Of a stretch of 64,000 bases of DNA, positions 63,907 to 64,000 are shown piece by piece. The notes below the pieces were generated by a model. That model was given only the letters and a program-made list of their open reading frames with translations, did not search any database and was not told where the DNA came from. Source of the stretch: Betaproteobacteria bacterium (lineage in GTDB: Bacteria; Pseudomonadota; Gammaproteobacteria; Burkholderiales; SG8-41); NCBI GenBank assembly GCA_947486575.1, contig CANKUB010000002.1, forward strand, positions 4,405-68,404. The letters are read 5' to 3'. Each line of letters opens with the position of its first letter. Position 1 is the first letter of the stretch. The translations under genes were made by a program, and so were the position numbers.

Positions 63907-64000
63907 ATGACGACCGCGAATAATCAACCTGATGCCGCAGCGCTGTGTGAAATGTTGCAAGCCGCACGCGAACGCACGTTGGTATATGCCAACGCATTGC
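63907..64000 (+). CDS. 5' fragment of a probable SenA/EgtB-like sulfoxide/selenoxide synthase (DinB-like N-terminus), runs off the window
   Basis: ATG 63907 gives MTTANNQPDAAALCEMLQAARERTLVYANAL; the L...L..ARERTL helix resembles EgtB/SenA N-termini; divergent from senB. Only 31 codons are visible. Confidence 0.55.
   Translation, partial: MTTANNQPDAAALCEMLQAARERTLVYANAL

Overview
Chromosomal window from a moderately GC-rich betaproteobacterium, judged from Bug/TctC proteins and the smc-zipA-ligA, dapC-dapD-pilU-prmB and rpsB..rnhB gene orders. 0-8.8 kb holds tungstate (tupBCA) and molybdate (modE-modABC, with a perfect ModE box) uptake plus mobB-moaD-moaE-fluC, interrupted by a cupin-like/DsbA-like pair. 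8.9-25.6 kb is accessory signalling and catabolism: a 1332-aa REC/HD-GYP protein with a very long repeat-built helical stalk and C-terminal membrane anchor, a tandem cNMP-binding protein, orphan solute-binding proteins, oxidoreductases, and a small variable locus where a DUF4258/YgiT toxin-antitoxin pair lies between two copies of the 3' end of an acyl-CoA dehydrogenase gene. 25.7-62.9 kb is core housekeeping (surE-pcm-nlpD, SRP RNA, dnaX-ybaB-recR, dap genes, queF, smc-zipA-ligA, glnD-map, rpsB through rnhB). The right end carries a SenB-like selenosugar glycosyltransferase and the start of a divergent SenA/EgtB-like gene. An AT-rich IHF-box-like motif recurs about 17 times, almost always at gene junctions. 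No rRNA, tRNA, CRISPR array, integrase or transposase was recognised. All family assignments come from motif recognition by eye, not database searches.
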